NCBI GenBank assembly: GCA_963707915.1
Contig: OY970178.1
Location: 1,184,001 to 1,248,000, forward strand
Source of the DNA: Candidatus Eiseniibacteriota bacterium
GTDB taxonomy: Bacteria > Eisenbacteria > RBG-16-71-46
Direction of reading: 5' to 3'
DNA length: 64,000 nucleotides
Below are positions 15,974 through 27,417 of the stretch, in pieces. The notes beneath the pieces were generated by a model that searched no databases, was not told where the DNA came from, and worked only from the letters and a program-made list of their open reading frames with translations. The stretch's first letter is position 1. Every line of letters starts with the position of its first letter. Position numbers and translations under genes: made by a program.

Positions 15974-18097
15974 TCACCCGGTGAGCGCCACGTCGAGCGG
16001 CTCGCGGTAGTGCGCGAGCAGGGTCTCGCGCAGGGCGGCGTGCCCGGGCCTCAGCAGCCGGGGGTCCTCGCCCACCAGCGACCGCGCCGCGGCCCGCGTC
16101 TCCTCGAGCAACTCCTCGTCCCGGGCCAGGTCGACGAGCTTGAAGCGCGGCAGCCCGCTCTGGCGGGTGCCCCACATCTCCCCCGGACCGCGCAGCCGCA
16201 GGTCGGCCTCGGCGAGCGCGAATCCGTCGGTGGTCGTGGTCAGCAGCTCGAGCCGCTCCCGCCCGGCCGCGCTGGCGGCGGGCCCCGCCACCAGCACGCA
16301 GACCGAACGGTGGGCACCGCGCCCGACCCGGCCGCGCAGCTGGTGCAGCTGGGTCAGGCCGAAGCGCTCGGCGTTCTCGACCACCATGACCGTGGCGTTG
16401 GGCACGTCCACCCCGACCTCGATCACCGTGGTGGCGACGAGCACCTGCACCCGGCCGGCGGCGAAGTCCTCCATCACCGACTGCCTGGCGTCGGCCTTGA
16501 GCCGGCCGTGCAGGAGGCCGGCCTTCCAGGCGCGCAGCAGCGGCTGGCTCCGGAGCCGCTCGAACTCGGCCTCGGCCGCCCGCACGTCGGCACGGCCGTC
16601 CTCCTCGATCAGCGGGACCACGACGAAGGCCTGGCGGCCGGCGGCCAGCTCGCGCGCCAGGAACTCGACCACCTGGGGGAACTTCTCCTCCCCGGTCACG
16701 CGGGTCACGAGCCGCCCGCGCCCCGCGGGACGCGCGCGGAGCGTGCTCACGGCGAGGTCGCCGTAGCAGGCGAGCATGAGCGTGCGCGGGATCGGCGTGG
16801 CGGTGAGCACCAGCACGTCGGGGATGACGCCCTTCCGCGCCAGGGTGGCACGCTGGCGGACGCCGAAGCGGTGCTGCTCGTCCACGACGGCCAGCGCGAG
16901 GTCCGGCAGCCGGACCTTCTCCTCGAGGAGCGCGTGGGTGCCGACCACGAGCATGGGCTCGCCCGCCTCGAGCCGAGCGGCGAGCGCGCGCCGGGCGGCC
17001 GCGGGCGTGGCACCGGTGAGGACGGCCACCGCGGCGCCCACCGGTGCGGCCAGGCCGGCCAGGGTCCGGCCGTGCTGCCGCGCCAGGATCTCGGTGGGCG
17101 CCATGAAGGCCGCCTGGTGGCCGGCCTCGATCGCGTGGAGCGCGGCCAGGAACGCGACGACCGTCTTGCCGCTGCCCACGTCGCCCTGGAGCATCCGGTG
17201 CATGGGGGCCCCGCGCCTCAGGTCGGCGACGATCTCCTCGAGCGCGCGGTCCTGGTCCGCCGTGAGCGCGTAGGGCAGCGCCGCCCGGGCCCGCTCGGCG
17301 AGCCGCCCCTCTCCCGCGGTGCTCCTCCCGCGCCCCTCCTGGGCCAGCGCCTGCCGGCGCAACTCGAGGACGGCCTGCAGCAGGAAGAGCTCCTCGAAGG
17401 CGAGCTTGCGGCGCGCGGCGGCGAGGCTGGCCTCGTCCTCCGGGAAGTGGATCTGCCGCAGGGCTTCCGCGAGCGGCACCAGCCCGCTCGCGGCCGCCAC
17501 CTCGCCGGGGACCGGGTCCTTCACCGCCGCGGCCACGGCGTCGAGGGCGTGCCGCACCGCGGCCCGCATCCCGCGCGCGGTGACCCCCTTCGTGAGGGCG
17601 TGCACCGGCACCAGCCGACCGACGTGCAGCAGCGCCTCCATCTCGCCCTCGACCACTTCGAAGAGCGGGTTGAGCATGCGCCGCTCGTGCGCGTCGCGCT
17701 GGCCGCTCACGACCACCCGCACGCCCGGACGGAGCGTGCGCGCGAGGAAGCCCTGGCCGAAGAAGTAGAGCCCGAGCCGCGCGCCGCTGCCGTCGTCGAG
17801 ATCGGCCTGGAAGTCGGTCCGCCCGGCCCGGGTGCGGACGGCGAAGCCGCTGCGCACGGTGCCCTCGACGGTGACCAGCTCGCCGGGGCGGAGGTCGGCG
17901 ATGCGCACGAAGCGCCGGGCGTCGAGCCAGGTCCTCGGGTAGTGGCGCAGCAGGTGCTCGGCCGTGGTCAGGCCGAGGCGCGAGAAAGCCTCGGCACGCT
18001 GGGGCCCCACCCCCGGCAGGAACTGCAGCCGCGAAGCGGGCTCGAGCGGCGGCTTCCCCGGATGCGGGCTTCGGGACGGGATCGGGGGCACCGGCAT
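15974..18097 (-). CDS. recG: ATP-dependent DNA helicase RecG
   Basis: LQGDVGSGKT, MAPTEILARQH, DEQHRFGV.QR, TATPIPRTL, ATTVIEVGVDVPNA, QLRGRVGRG, DLRLRGPGE; exact start uncertain. Confidence 0.97.
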   Translation of the reverse strand: MPVPPIPSRSPHPGKPPLEPASRLQFLPGVGPQRAEAFSRLGLTTAEHLLRHYPRTWLDARRFVRIADLRPGELVTVEGTVRSGFAVRTRAGRTDFQADLDDGSGARLGLYFFGQGFLARTLRPGVRVVVSGQRDAHERRMLNPLFEVVEGEMEALLHVGRLVPVHALTKGVTARGMRAAVRHALDAVAAAVKDPVPGEVAAASGLVPLAEALRQIHFPEDEASLAAARRKLAFEELFLLQAVLELRRQALAQEGRGRSTAGEGRLAERARAALPYALTADQDRALEEIVADLRRGAPMHRMLQGDVGSGKTVVAFLAALHAIEAGHQAAFMAPTEILARQHGRTLAGLAAPVGAAVAVLTGATPAAARRALAARLEAGEPMLVVGTHALLEEKVRLPDLALAVVDEQHRFGVRQRATLARKGVIPDVLVLTATPIPRTLMLACYGDLAVSTLRARPAGRGRLVTRVTGEEKFPQVVEFLARELAAGRQAFVVVPLIEEDGRADVRAAEAEFERLRSQPLLRAWKAGLLHGRLKADARQSVMEDFAAGRVQVLVATTVIEVGVDVPNATVMVVENAERFGLTQLHQLRGRVGRGAHRSVCVLVAGPAASAAGRERLELLTTTTDGFALAEADLRLRGPGEMWGTRQSGLPRFKLVDLARDEELLEETRAAARSLVGEDPRLLRPGHAALRETLLAHYREPLDVALTG

Positions 18098-18199
18098 GGT
18101 CGGGAGCACTTTCGCACATCCCGGCGCACGGCGCCGGGAGCTGGGTCGGACCGGCCTGCCCGGGCCGGGGGGCCCGGGCCGGCGGCCCCGGAGGCCCGC

Positions 18200-18228
18200 T
18201 TTACAGTCCCGGGAGGCCCTGTTAATGT
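18200..18228 (+). promoter_or_regulatory. Sigma-70 promoter for rpmB
   Basis: TTTACA-N17-TAATGT with a TG extension. Confidence 0.65.
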
Positions 18229-18281
18229 TCCGGGCTCACTTGGCCCCACTGGACCGTGATTCGATGGCAGGAGGATGCACC

Positions 18282-18500
18282 TTGGCTCAGCGATGTGATA
18301 TCTGCGGGAAAGGCACGATGGCAGGCCACAACGTGAGCCACGCTCACAACCTGACCAAGCGGACCTGGAATCCCAACTTGCAGCGCGTGCGGGCACTGGT
18401 GGACGGGCGGGCGAAGAACCTGGACGTCTGCACCCGGTGCATCCGCAGCGGCAAGGTGACGAAGGCCGTGCGCAACGTCCGCAAGCCGGCCACCGCCTAG
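18282..18500 (+). CDS. rpmB: 50S ribosomal protein L28 (Zn-binding form)
   Basis: TTG start after GGAGG; CDICGK..GHNVSHAHNLTKRTWNPNLQRV..VCTRCIRSGKV. Confidence 0.96.
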   Translation: MAQRCDICGKGTMAGHNVSHAHNLTKRTWNPNLQRVRALVDGRAKNLDVCTRCIRSGKVTKAVRNVRKPATA

Positions 18501-18518
18501 CCGCCCTCCCGCGCCGAA

Positions 18519-18548
18519 GCCCCGTCACCCCGGTCCCGGTGGCGGGGC
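18519..18548. terminator. Hairpin between convergent rpmB and TPR gene
   Basis: GCCCCGTCACC/GGTGGCGGGGC stem; weak U-tract. Confidence 0.5.
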
Positions 18549-18552
18549 CTCT

Positions 18553-20217
18553 TCATGGCCGGGCGGCGGGCTCCTGCCGGCTCACGGCCAGCAACTCGCG
18601 CCACTCCAGCTGCTGGCGCGGCAGCGCGTGCAGGGGATCCAGCTCCAGCGCACGCGCGAACTCCTCGTCGGCCTCGCGGGTGCGGGCCTGCGCGAGCAGG
18701 GTCCAGCCCAGGTCGGCGCGCGCGGTGGCGTACAGCGGGTTGGCGGCGACGGCCGCGCGCAGCGGGGCCTCGGCCCCGACCGCGTCCCCCCGCAGCAGGC
18801 GCACGCGCCCGAGTTGTGCCTGGGCGTCAGGCCAGTCCGGGTGCCGCGCGACCAGGTCCGCGAGCAGCTCCTCGGCCGTGGCCGCGTGCCCGAGCGCCAG
18901 CTCCACGGCCGCCAGCTCGAGCACCGCGGGGTCGTAGCCCGGGCGCAGGGCCAGCGCCCTGCGGTAGGACTCGCGCGCGTCCTCGACGCGGCCCTGCGCG
19001 CGCCGGGTGCGGGCCAGGGCGAGCTGCAGGTCCGGGTAGTCGGGCTGGACCGCGAGCGCGCGCTGGATCTCCTCCTCCATCCCGGTCACGTCGTTGACGG
19101 CCAGCGCGAGCGAGACCTGGTCGAGGACGCCCTGGGGGATCTCGCGGTCCCGCACCAACCCGCGCCGCACGGAGCGCAGCGCGTCGTCGTGCCGGCCGAG
19201 CGCGTGGTAGATCATCCCCAGCAGCCGCTGCGCGCGGGCGAACTGCCGGTTGAGCTTCACCGCGAGCTCGAGCGGGGGCACCGCCGCCAGGAGCTCGCCG
19301 GCGCGGAACCGGGCGAGCCCCAGCCAGAAGTGCAGGTCCGGGTAGTCGGGGAAGGCCTCGAGGGCCGCCTCGAGATGGACGATCGCCTCGCGGGCCCCGC
19401 CCAGCTCGAGGTGGGCGCGTGCGGCCAGCAGCCGCGCCTCGAGGTAGCGCGGGTTGACGCCGAGCGCGTGGTCCAGTTGCACGAGCGCCTCCTCGATGCG
19501 CCCGGCCTCGAGCAACAGGCCGGCCAGCCGACCGCGCACGTCGGCATAGCCGGGGTTCGCGGCCACCGCCCGTTCGAGCTCGGCGATGGAGCCGGTGAGG
19601 TCGCCCGCGTGGTAGCGCTCGAGCGCCCGGTCCAGGTGAGCGGCCGAAGGGGCCGCGGCGCCCGCGGAGGCCGCCGGCACGCTCAACAGGCCCTGCCAGT
19701 CCGAGGCCGCCCATTCCGAGGCCCGGGAGGCCACCAGCCCGGTGGGCAACTCGACGCCCAGGGCCAGCGCCCGGTTCAGCGCCTCGACCGAGCGCTCCCG
19801 GTCCTCGAGTTGCGACTGGCACACCGCCAGGAGCAGCAGCGCCTCGACGTAACGCGGATGCTCGGCGAGGGCCTGCTGGAGATCGGCGACCGCCTCCCCC
19901 AGGCGGCCCGAGCGCTGGAAGATCCGCGCCCGGAAGTAGCGCAGGTCGGGGAAGGTCGGGTTCTCCTCCAGCGCCTTGGTGAACTGTTCCTCGGCCTTGG
20001 TGTACTGGCCGGCGTGGAAGAAGGCGAGCCCCAGGTTCGCCCGCGCTTCGGCGGCGTAGCACCGCGCCAGGCTGTGGTCGGGGTTGCTGGGATCGCGCAC
20101 CTCGGCCAGGACGGCCTCGAACTCGGCGACCGCCTGTCCGAACTCGCCACGGTTGAAGTGCACCATCCCGCGGTTGTAGTGGCGGTTGTGCCCCCACTTG
20201 AGCAGATTGCTGAACAC
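18553..20217 (-). CDS. Tetratricopeptide repeat protein
   Basis: Many TPR units ending P-x-[YF]-[PA]-D-L or P-x-Y-x-E-A; GTG start after AAAGGA. Confidence 0.88.
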   Translation of the reverse strand: MFSNLLKWGHNRHYNRGMVHFNRGEFGQAVAEFEAVLAEVRDPSNPDHSLARCYAAEARANLGLAFFHAGQYTKAEEQFTKALEENPTFPDLRYFRARIFQRSGRLGEAVADLQQALAEHPRYVEALLLLAVCQSQLEDRERSVEALNRALALGVELPTGLVASRASEWAASDWQGLLSVPAASAGAAAPSAAHLDRALERYHAGDLTGSIAELERAVAANPGYADVRGRLAGLLLEAGRIEEALVQLDHALGVNPRYLEARLLAARAHLELGGAREAIVHLEAALEAFPDYPDLHFWLGLARFRAGELLAAVPPLELAVKLNRQFARAQRLLGMIYHALGRHDDALRSVRRGLVRDREIPQGVLDQVSLALAVNDVTGMEEEIQRALAVQPDYPDLQLALARTRRAQGRVEDARESYRRALALRPGYDPAVLELAAVELALGHAATAEELLADLVARHPDWPDAQAQLGRVRLLRGDAVGAEAPLRAAVAANPLYATARADLGWTLLAQARTREADEEFARALELDPLHALPRQQLEWRELLAVSRQEPAARP

Positions 20218-20291
20218 GCGCGGAATCCGTTCCTTTCGGCGCCGCGGGACCGGGGGGCGCGGCCGTGGCCGCGTCCCCCGCGCGCCCCGGG

Positions 20292-21419
20292 CTAGTCCAT
20301 CTGCCTGCGCAGGAAGGCCGGCACCTCGAGGGAATCGCCGTTGCGGCTGCCGGTCCCCCAGCGGTCGCGGCCCCCCACGCCGACCTCTTCCTTCCACCCG
20401 TGCCCGTGACGATGCCCTTCGGTCTCCGCCCCCCGCGCCTTCTCGGCGCGCGGCCGCGGCGCCTCGTGGCCGAACCCCGTCGCGATGACGGTGATCATCA
20501 TCTCGCCATCCATGTTCGGGTCGATGACCGCGCCGAAGATGACGTTGGCGTCCTCGCCGGCCGCGCTCACCACCACGTTCGCCGCCTCGTTCACCTCGTG
20601 CAGCGTCAGGTCGCGTCCGCCCGTGATGTTCACCAGGACGCCCTCGGCGCCGCTGATCGAGACGTCCTCGAGCAGCGGGCTCGCGACGGCCGCCTGCGCC
20701 GCCTCCAGCGCCCGGCCGGGCCCCGAGGCCCGCCCGGTGCCCATGAGCGCGTTGCCCCGGTTCGACATGACCGCCTTCACGTCGGCGAAGTCCAGGTTCA
20801 CGAGCCCCGGCACCGTCACCAGGTCCGAGATGCCCTTGGTGGCCTTGAGCAGGACCTCGTCGGCCACGCCGAAGGCGTCGGTCAGGGTGGTGTCCTTCTC
20901 CACCACGGCCAGCAGCCGCTCGTTCGGGATGATGATGAGGGTGTCCACCTCGGCGCGCAGCTCCGCGAGGCCGTCGTCGGCCTGCCGCAGGCGGCGCCGG
21001 CCCTCGAAGGTGAACGGCCGCGTGACCACGGCCACCGTGAGGGCCCCGCTCTGCTTCGCCAGGCGCGCCACCACCGGCGCCGCGCCGGTGCCAGTGCCGC
21101 CGCCCATCCCGGCGGTGATGAAGACCATGTCGCTGCCGGTGAGCGCGTCGGCGATGGTCTGCTCGTCTTCCTCGGCGGCGACGCGGCCCCGGCCGGGGTC
21201 ACCGCCCGAGCCCAGCCCGCGGGTGGTGGCCTTGCCGATCTGGATGCGGTGCGGCGCGAGCGACTGGTTCAGGGCCTGCACGTCGGTGTTCGCGACGATG
21301 AACTCCACGCCGCGCAGCCCCGAACCGATCATGCGGTTCACCGCGTTTCCGCCGGCCCCCCCCACTCCCATGACCTTGAGCTTGGCTGAGGCGGTGCTGT
21401 CGATCTCGAGTTCGAACAT
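20292..21419 (-). CDS. ftsZ: Cell division protein FtsZ
   Basis: [30 protein letters not shown]-terminal [12 protein letters not shown]. Confidence 0.99.
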   Translation of the reverse strand: MFELEIDSTASAKLKVMGVGGAGGNAVNRMIGSGLRGVEFIVANTDVQALNQSLAPHRIQIGKATTRGLGSGGDPGRGRVAAEEDEQTIADALTGSDMVFITAGMGGGTGTGAAPVVARLAKQSGALTVAVVTRPFTFEGRRRLRQADDGLAELRAEVDTLIIIPNERLLAVVEKDTTLTDAFGVADEVLLKATKGISDLVTVPGLVNLDFADVKAVMSNRGNALMGTGRASGPGRALEAAQAAVASPLLEDVSISGAEGVLVNITGGRDLTLHEVNEAANVVVSAAGEDANVIFGAVIDPNMDGEMMITVIATGFGHEAPRPRAEKARGAETEGHRHGHGWKEEVGVGGRDRWGTGSRNGDSLEVPAFLRRQMD

Positions 21420-21536
21420 TGGCACGACTCCCTGTGCCTTCCCTTGCCGGGCCCGGCGACTCCGTCCGCGACGGATGCGCCCTGGGCTTCCTCCGTGGGG
21501 ATCAGGCGGTGATGGTTGGACGGACGTGGATCACGC

Positions 21537-22787
21537 TCATGAGTAGAAGAGTCCCTTGAACCAGCGACGCGGGTCGAACGACGTGCGGCTCGGCTCCACG
21601 CCTCGCCGCTCGCGGCTGCCGTCCTCGCCGCTCTCGGCGTGCAGGGCGTGAAGCACCAGCCCCACCCCGGTCGAGAAGCGCGGGTCGGCGACGTTGGCCG
21701 AGAGCCCCCCCAGTCCCTGGGGAGCGCCCAGCCGTACGGGCATCTCGAACACCTGTTCCGCCAGCTCCGTCACGCCCGGCATGAGCGAGGTGCCGCCCGT
21801 GAGGACGACCCCGCCGCCGAGCAACTCCGCGAAGTGGTTCTTCTTCACCTCCTTGTTGGCCAGTTGGAAGATCTCCTCCATGCGCGGCTCGATCATCGAG
21901 GCCAGCACGTGCCGGGCGATCTCCCGGTCGGCGCGGCCGCCCACGCCCGAGACGGAGATCGTCTCCGTGCTCGGGACGAGGGAAGCCAGCGCGCAGCCGT
22001 GCTGGATCTTGATGGCCTCGGCCTTGTCGATCGGGGTGCGCAGTCCGATCGCGAGGTCGTTGGTCACGTTCGCCCCGCCGAACGGCAGGATCGCCGTGTG
22101 GCGGATGGAGCCCTCGTAGAACACCGCGACGTCGGTCGTGCCGCCGCCGATGTCGAGGAGGACCACGCCCAGGTCACGCTCGTCGTCGTCCAGCACGGCG
22201 TGGCTCGAGGCCAGCGGTTCGAGGACCAGGTCGAAGACCTTGAGATGGGCCCGCTGGATCGAGCGGCAGATGTTCTTCGCCGAGGTCACGGCCCCGGTGA
22301 TGATGTGGACCTCGGCCTCCAGCCGGACGCCGCTCATGCCGACCGGGTCCTTGATGCCGTCCTGGTCATCCACGATGTATTCCTGCGGGATGACGTGGAT
22401 GATCTCGCGGTCCATGGGGATCGCGATGGCCTTGGCGGCCTCGATGACCCGGTCCACGTCCGCCCTGCCGATCTCGTTGTCCCGCCTCGAGACCGCGATC
22501 ACGCCGCGGCTGTTGATGCTGCGGATGTGGTCGCCGGCGATGCCCGCGTAGACCCCCTTCGCCGGCACCCCGGCCATGCGCTCGGCCTCGTCCACCGCGC
22601 GCTGGATGCTGGCCACCGTCTTGTCGAGGTCCACCACCACGCCGCGGCGCAGCCCCTCGCTGGGCGAGGTGCCCACGCCCACCACCCGCAGCTCCTCGGA
22701 CCCGGTGCCGCCCGTGTCCGCGATGATGCAGGAGATCTTCGTGGTGCCGATGTCGAGGCCCACGTACGTCTTCACCGCCGGTCCCAT
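21537..22787 (-). CDS. ftsA: Cell division protein FtsA
   Basis: GLDIGTTKI, DIGGGTTD, VLTGGTS. Confidence 0.98.
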   Translation of the reverse strand: MGPAVKTYVGLDIGTTKISCIIADTGGTGSEELRVVGVGTSPSEGLRRGVVVDLDKTVASIQRAVDEAERMAGVPAKGVYAGIAGDHIRSINSRGVIAVSRRDNEIGRADVDRVIEAAKAIAIPMDREIIHVIPQEYIVDDQDGIKDPVGMSGVRLEAEVHIITGAVTSAKNICRSIQRAHLKVFDLVLEPLASSHAVLDDDERDLGVVLLDIGGGTTDVAVFYEGSIRHTAILPFGGANVTNDLAIGLRTPIDKAEAIKIQHGCALASLVPSTETISVSGVGGRADREIARHVLASMIEPRMEEIFQLANKEVKKNHFAELLGGGVVLTGGTSLMPGVTELAEQVFEMPVRLGAPQGLGGLSANVADPRFSTGVGLVLHALHAESGEDGSRERRGVEPSRTSFDPRRWFKGLFYS

Positions 22788-22824
22788 GGTGCCGTTCACC
22801 CCCTCCGTTGCAGTTCCGTCGTCG

Positions 22825-23760
22825 TCAGCCGCTGCGGTGATCCCCGTCCGGGTCCACGCCCGCGGTTCCGGCTCCCACCCGGTCGAGCCGGGGGCCGGGC
22901 GCGGACCCGGGCGCACCCACCGGTCTCACCACCACCTGGCTGTCGAAGCGCAGGTCCACTTCGCCCGCCAGCACCCCGCGGCGCTGGAGGTCCGACAGCA
23001 CCACCCGCAGGGCCGACAGCGTGCGGGCTCCGGGCGGCCAGGCGGGCGCCCGCACCTGCGTCCCGTTCTCGAGCAGGACGCTGGTGGCGAGCGGGTCGGA
23101 CACGTCCACCTCCGACACCCCGACGGCCAGTTGCAGGTCACGGGCCGAAAGCGCCCTCACCCACGCCAGCCCGCGCCGCACCTCGAGCGTCAGCACTTGC
23201 GTGCCCGCCCGCTGCCGGGAGAAGTCCGGCCCGGTGAGCAAGGGGACGTCCGCGGTCAGGCCCCGCGCCAGCGGCTGGAGCAGCACCCCGGTCGAGTCCA
23301 CCTCCCAGGGCGTCCCGTGCGTCACCACCATCACCGGCTCCCGCTCCACGATCCGGACGCGCACGTCGCGCGGCCAGGCCCGGCTCACCTCGGCCCGGGA
23401 GATGCGCGGGTCGAGCAGCAGGGCCTGGCGCGCGCGCTCCAGGTCGAGGGCGATGAGGTCGTCGCCGGGGCGCAGGCCGGCGATCGCGCCGACGCGCGCG
23501 GCGTCCAGGTAGAGCGCGCCCTCGATCCTCACCGCCTGCACGACCGCCACGCGCTCGCGCCACCGCCGCCACGGCAGCCGCGAGGCCAGCAACGCGAGAA
23601 CGGCGATCCCGGCGAGCGCCAGCCCGATGCGCAGGGGCCGCAGCAGCCGCGGCTGCCCGTTCCAGCGGCGGTCCGGCACCGCGCCCGCGCCGCGGCGCCC
23701 GCCCCGCCGGACGTCCGGGCGGGGACCGCGCTCCAGCGCACGCCCCTGGTACAGGGCCAT
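22825..23760 (-). CDS. ftsQ: Cell division protein FtsQ/DivIB
   Basis: Single TM, POTRA-like region (PRISRAEVSRAWP..VRIVEREP), VDLRFDSQVV; lies before ftsA. Confidence 0.9.
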   Translation of the reverse strand: MALYQGRALERGPRPDVRRGGRRGAGAVPDRRWNGQPRLLRPLRIGLALAGIAVLALLASRLPWRRWRERVAVVQAVRIEGALYLDAARVGAIAGLRPGDDLIALDLERARQALLLDPRISRAEVSRAWPRDVRVRIVEREPVMVVTHGTPWEVDSTGVLLQPLARGLTADVPLLTGPDFSRQRAGTQVLTLEVRRGLAWVRALSARDLQLAVGVSEVDVSDPLATSVLLENGTQVRAPAWPPGARTLSALRVVLSDLQRRGVLAGEVDLRFDSQVVVRPVGAPGSAPGPRLDRVGAGTAGVDPDGDHRSG

Positions 23761-25142
23761 CAGCGCTCCCCTCCCGCGCTGCGGAGCCGCGCCAGCAGCG
23801 CGTCGCCGAGCTTGCCCACGTCGCCCGCACCCAGCGTGATCACCAGGTCGCCGGGGCGCGCCTCGCTCGCCACGGCCTCGAGCGCCGCCGCGGCGCCGCC
23901 GACGTGGACCAGGTGCTTCCGTCCCAGGGCCTCGGCGCTCTGCACGATGGTACGCGCCGTCACGCCCGGCACCGGGCTCTCGCCCGCCGGGTAGATGTCC
24001 ATCACCCAGACCTTGTCGGCGTCGCCGAAGCACGACCCGAACTCGCGGTGCAGCAGCGCGGTGCGCGTGTAGCGGTGCGGCTGGAACAGCACCAGCACGC
24101 GCCGGCCGAGCGTGCGCGCGGCCGCCAGCGTGGCGGCGATCTCGGTGGGGTGGTGGCCGTAGTCGTCCACCACCTTCACGCCCCCCACCTCGCCCTTCGT
24201 CTCGAAACGGCGGCCCACGCCGCGGAAGGTCCCGAGCGCCTCGGCGATGTGGCTGAAGGCCACCTCGATCTCCAGGCCCACGGCCACCGCCGCGAGCGCG
24301 TTCAGCACGTTGTGGAGGCCCGGCAGGGCCAGGCTCACGACGCCCAGGTCGCGCCCGTCGGCAACCACCCGGAAGCTCGCGCCGCGGGGATCCAGGCGCA
24401 CGTCCTCCGCCCGCAGCGTCGCGTCGGGCGCCGTGCCGTAGAGCAGGTGGCGCTTGGTGACCTGGGGCAGGATGCCGCGCACCTGCGGATCGTCGGCGCA
24501 CAGGATGCTCACTCCGTAGAACGGCACCCGGTTGGCGAAGTAGATGAAGGCCTGCCGCAGCTCCTCGAGCGAGCCGTAGTGGTCGAGGTGCTCGCGGTCG
24601 ATGTTGGTGATGACCGCGACCGCCGGCGAGAGCCTCAGGAAGGAGCCGTCGCTCTCGTCGGCCTCGGCCACGAGGAACTGCCCGTGTCCCAGCCGGGCGT
24701 TCGAGCCGGTGGACTGCAGCCGTCCGCCCACCACGATGGTCGGGTCGAGCCCGCCGCGGGCCAGCACCGCCGCGACCAGCGAGGTGGTCGTGGTCTTGCC
24801 GTGCGAGCCCGCCACCGCGATCCCGTACTTCATGCGCATGAGCTCGGCCAGCATGTCGGCGCGGGGGATGACCGGGATGCCCTGCGCACGCGCGGCGACC
24901 ACCTCGGGATTATCGGGCCTGACCGCGGTCGAGTAGACGACCACCTGCGCGCCCTCGACGTTCGCGGCCTCGTGCCCCTGGAAGATGCGTCCCCCGAGCC
25001 CGGCGAGCCGGTCGGTGGCCTCGCCAGTGCGCAGGTCGCTGCCCGACACCTGGTAGCCGAGGTTGAGCAGCACCTCGGCGATGCCGCACATCCCGACCCC
25101 GCCGACCCCCACGAAGTGGATCCGGTGCGTGCGCCCGTACAT
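23760..25142 (-). CDS. murC: UDP-N-acetylmuramate--L-alanine ligase
   Basis: [39 protein letters not shown]. Confidence 0.98.
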   Translation of the reverse strand: MYGRTHRIHFVGVGGVGMCGIAEVLLNLGYQVSGSDLRTGEATDRLAGLGGRIFQGHEAANVEGAQVVVYSTAVRPDNPEVVAARAQGIPVIPRADMLAELMRMKYGIAVAGSHGKTTTTSLVAAVLARGGLDPTIVVGGRLQSTGSNARLGHGQFLVAEADESDGSFLRLSPAVAVITNIDREHLDHYGSLEELRQAFIYFANRVPFYGVSILCADDPQVRGILPQVTKRHLLYGTAPDATLRAEDVRLDPRGASFRVVADGRDLGVVSLALPGLHNVLNALAAVAVGLEIEVAFSHIAEALGTFRGVGRRFETKGEVGGVKVVDDYGHHPTEIAATLAAARTLGRRVLVLFQPHRYTRTALLHREFGSCFGDADKVWVMDIYPAGESPVPGVTARTIVQSAEALGRKHLVHVGGAAAALEAVASEARPGDLVITLGAGDVGKLGDALLARLRSAGGER

Positions 25143-26281
25143 CAGTCCTCCCGCCCGTCGGGCACGACGGGACCGCGCGCGGCGGCACGCCCGCGGGACC
25201 AGCGATCGAGGCTCCGGACGATGCGCTCGGCCGCGTCGGGGCGGGCGAAGGTCCGGGCGTTGGCCGACATGCGCGAGAGCGCCTGTCGGTCGGCGAGCCA
25301 GTGGGCGATCTCCTGGGCCAGGCGCTCGCCGGTGAGCTCGCGGTCGGGGATCATGGCCGCGGCCCCGCGGTCCACCAGGTTGGCCGCGTTGACCGCCTGG
25401 TGATCGTGCGCCGCGTGCGGGTAGGGCACCAGGATGGACGGGGTGCCGCAGGCCGCGATCTCGGCCAGCGTCATCGCCCCGGACCGGCACACCACGAGGT
25501 CGGCGGCGGCGTAGGCCTGGTGGATGCGCCGCAGGTAGGGCACGACCCGGGCCGGCAGCTGCTCGCTCTCCACCGCGCCCTTCGCCCAGTCGAAGTCCTC
25601 GCGCCCGGTCTGCAGGATGAACTGCACGGTCACGCGGCCCTTCAGGCGGCGCATGGCCTCGAGGGCGGCGTCGTTGATGCGGTGCGCCCCGCGGCTGCCG
25701 CCGAACACGAACACGGTCGGCTGGCCGGGCTTGAGGCCGAATTCCTGCAGCGCCGTGACCCGGTCGCCGCCCAGGATGTGGTCGCGGATCGGGTTCCCCG
25801 TCACCTTGAGGTGGTCGCGGCGCCGGAAGTAGGAGCGCGCCTCCACGAACGACAGGTGGACCTCGTCGGCGATCTGCGCGAGCCAGCGGTTGGCCAGCCC
25901 GGGGACGCTGTTCTGCTCCTGGAGCACGATGGGCCGGCCCAGCAGCCAGGCGGCCAGGGTCACGGGCCCGCTCACGTAGCCGCCGGTCCCCAGCACCACG
26001 TCGGGCTTCTCCTGCAGCACGATCCACGCCGCCTGGCAGAAGCCCACCAGGTTGCTGGCCAGCGACGCGGGCCAGCGCCACCAGGCCCGCCGCGGCAGCC
26101 CCCGGCTCCAGGTGAAGCGGATGCGGAAGCCGGCCTCGGGCACGGCCTGCGATTCGATGCCGCGCCGCGTGCCGACGAACACCACCTGCGCGTCCTTGTG
26201 CCTGCGGACGAGCTCCTCGGCCACCGCGATGCCCGGGTACACGTGGCCGCCCGTGCCGCCTCCGGCGATGAGCGCCTTCAT
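25142..26281 (-). CDS. murG: Lipid II GlcNAc transferase MurG
   Basis: [43 protein letters not shown]. Confidence 0.98.
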   Translation of the reverse strand: MKALIAGGGTGGHVYPGIAVAEELVRRHKDAQVVFVGTRRGIESQAVPEAGFRIRFTWSRGLPRRAWWRWPASLASNLVGFCQAAWIVLQEKPDVVLGTGGYVSGPVTLAAWLLGRPIVLQEQNSVPGLANRWLAQIADEVHLSFVEARSYFRRRDHLKVTGNPIRDHILGGDRVTALQEFGLKPGQPTVFVFGGSRGAHRINDAALEAMRRLKGRVTVQFILQTGREDFDWAKGAVESEQLPARVVPYLRRIHQAYAAADLVVCRSGAMTLAEIAACGTPSILVPYPHAAHDHQAVNAANLVDRGAAAMIPDRELTGERLAQEIAHWLADRQALSRMSANARTFARPDAAERIVRSLDRWSRGRAAARGPVVPDGRED

Positions 26282-27417
26282 GGACGGCCTCCCGACCAGC
26301 GCTGGCGCACGAGGGCGTCGGTGGAGGCATTGACGACGCTGATGCGGTAGAGCAGCCCGGCCGCCGCCAGGTTGGCCAGCAGGGCCGTGCCGCCGTACGA
26401 GACGAACGGCAGCGGCAGCCCGGTGGTGGGGGCCAGCCCCATCGCCACGGCCAGGTTCGCGAGGGCGTAGAGTCCGATCTGCAAGGTGAGTCCTCCGGCC
26501 AGCAGGAAGTGGAATGGATCGGCGGCTCGAGCCACGACCCGCATGCAGCGCCACAGCAGCAGCGCCAGCAGGACGAACAGCACGCTCGTGCCGATGAAGC
26601 CCAGTTCCTCCGCCAGGATGGAGAAGATGAAGTCGGTGTGGGCCTCGGGCAGGAAGAGGTACTTCTGCATCCCCCCGCCCAGGCCGCGACCCAACCAGCC
26701 GCCGGAACCGATCGCGATGAGCGACTGGTCGAGCTGCCAGCCCGCCCCGCGCTGATCGAGGGTCCCGGTGAAGACGAAATGTGCGAACGTGGCGATGCGC
26801 TTCATCTGGTACGGATGGGCCTGGACCATCACCAGCCCGGTCACCAGGCCCGCCGCGACCGGAGCCCCCAGGTACAGGAGCGGCGCGTCCGCCAGGAACA
26901 GCATCAGGAAGCCGGTGACGCCCAGGAGCCCCGCGCTGCTCAGGTTCGGCTGCAGCAGGATAAGTCCTGCGACCCCGCCGAGGAAGCCCAGCGGCGGCAG
27001 CATGCCGCGCAGGAAGCCGCGCTCGGCCGGCGGGTTCCGCTTGAGCCACCACGCGAGGAACATCACCGCCGTGAGGCGCCCCACGTCGGTGGGCTGCACG
27101 CTGAGGAAACCGATGCGCAGCCAGCGCGTGGCGCCGTTCGAGACGTGGCCCAGCGCGAAGACGGCGGCCAGCAGGGCGAGCCCCGCGCCGAACAGCACCG
27201 GCGTGGCGCGCTCGAGCCACTTCAGGTCCACCCGCGTGGCGCACACCAGCAGCACCAGCACGCCCAGCCCGGCGCGGAGGAACTGGCGCGCGAGGAAATA
27301 GTTCGGGTCCTGGTACCGCGTGATGCCGAGGATGGCGCTCGAGGAGTAGACCATGATGACGCCCAGCGCCGTGAGCAGCAGGGGCAGCGCGATCAGCCAG
27401 CGGTCGCCGCGGTTCAT
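26278..27417 (-). CDS. ftsW: Peptidoglycan polymerase FtsW
   Basis: [43 protein letters not shown]. Confidence 0.97.
   Translation of the reverse strand: MNRGDRWLIALPLLLTALGVIMVYSSSAILGITRYQDPNYFLARQFLRAGLGVLVLLVCATRVDLKWLERATPVLFGAGLALLAAVFALGHVSNGATRWLRIGFLSVQPTDVGRLTAVMFLAWWLKRNPPAERGFLRGMLPPLGFLGGVAGLILLQPNLSSAGLLGVTGFLMLFLADAPLLYLGAPVAAGLVTGLVMVQAHPYQMKRIATFAHFVFTGTLDQRGAGWQLDQSLIAIGSGGWLGRGLGGGMQKYLFLPEAHTDFIFSILAEELGFIGTSVLFVLLALLLWRCMRVVARAADPFHFLLAGGLTLQIGLYALANLAVAMGLAPTTGLPLPFVSYGGTALLANLAAAGLLYRISVVNASTDALVRQRWSGGRP

Noticed and set aside
11841..18259. Very long plus-strand ORFs (1138 aa, 1001 aa) and similar antisense ORFs elsewhere
   Set aside because: Shadow ORFs of real genes in very high-GC DNA; Arg/Gly/Pro-rich with no motifs
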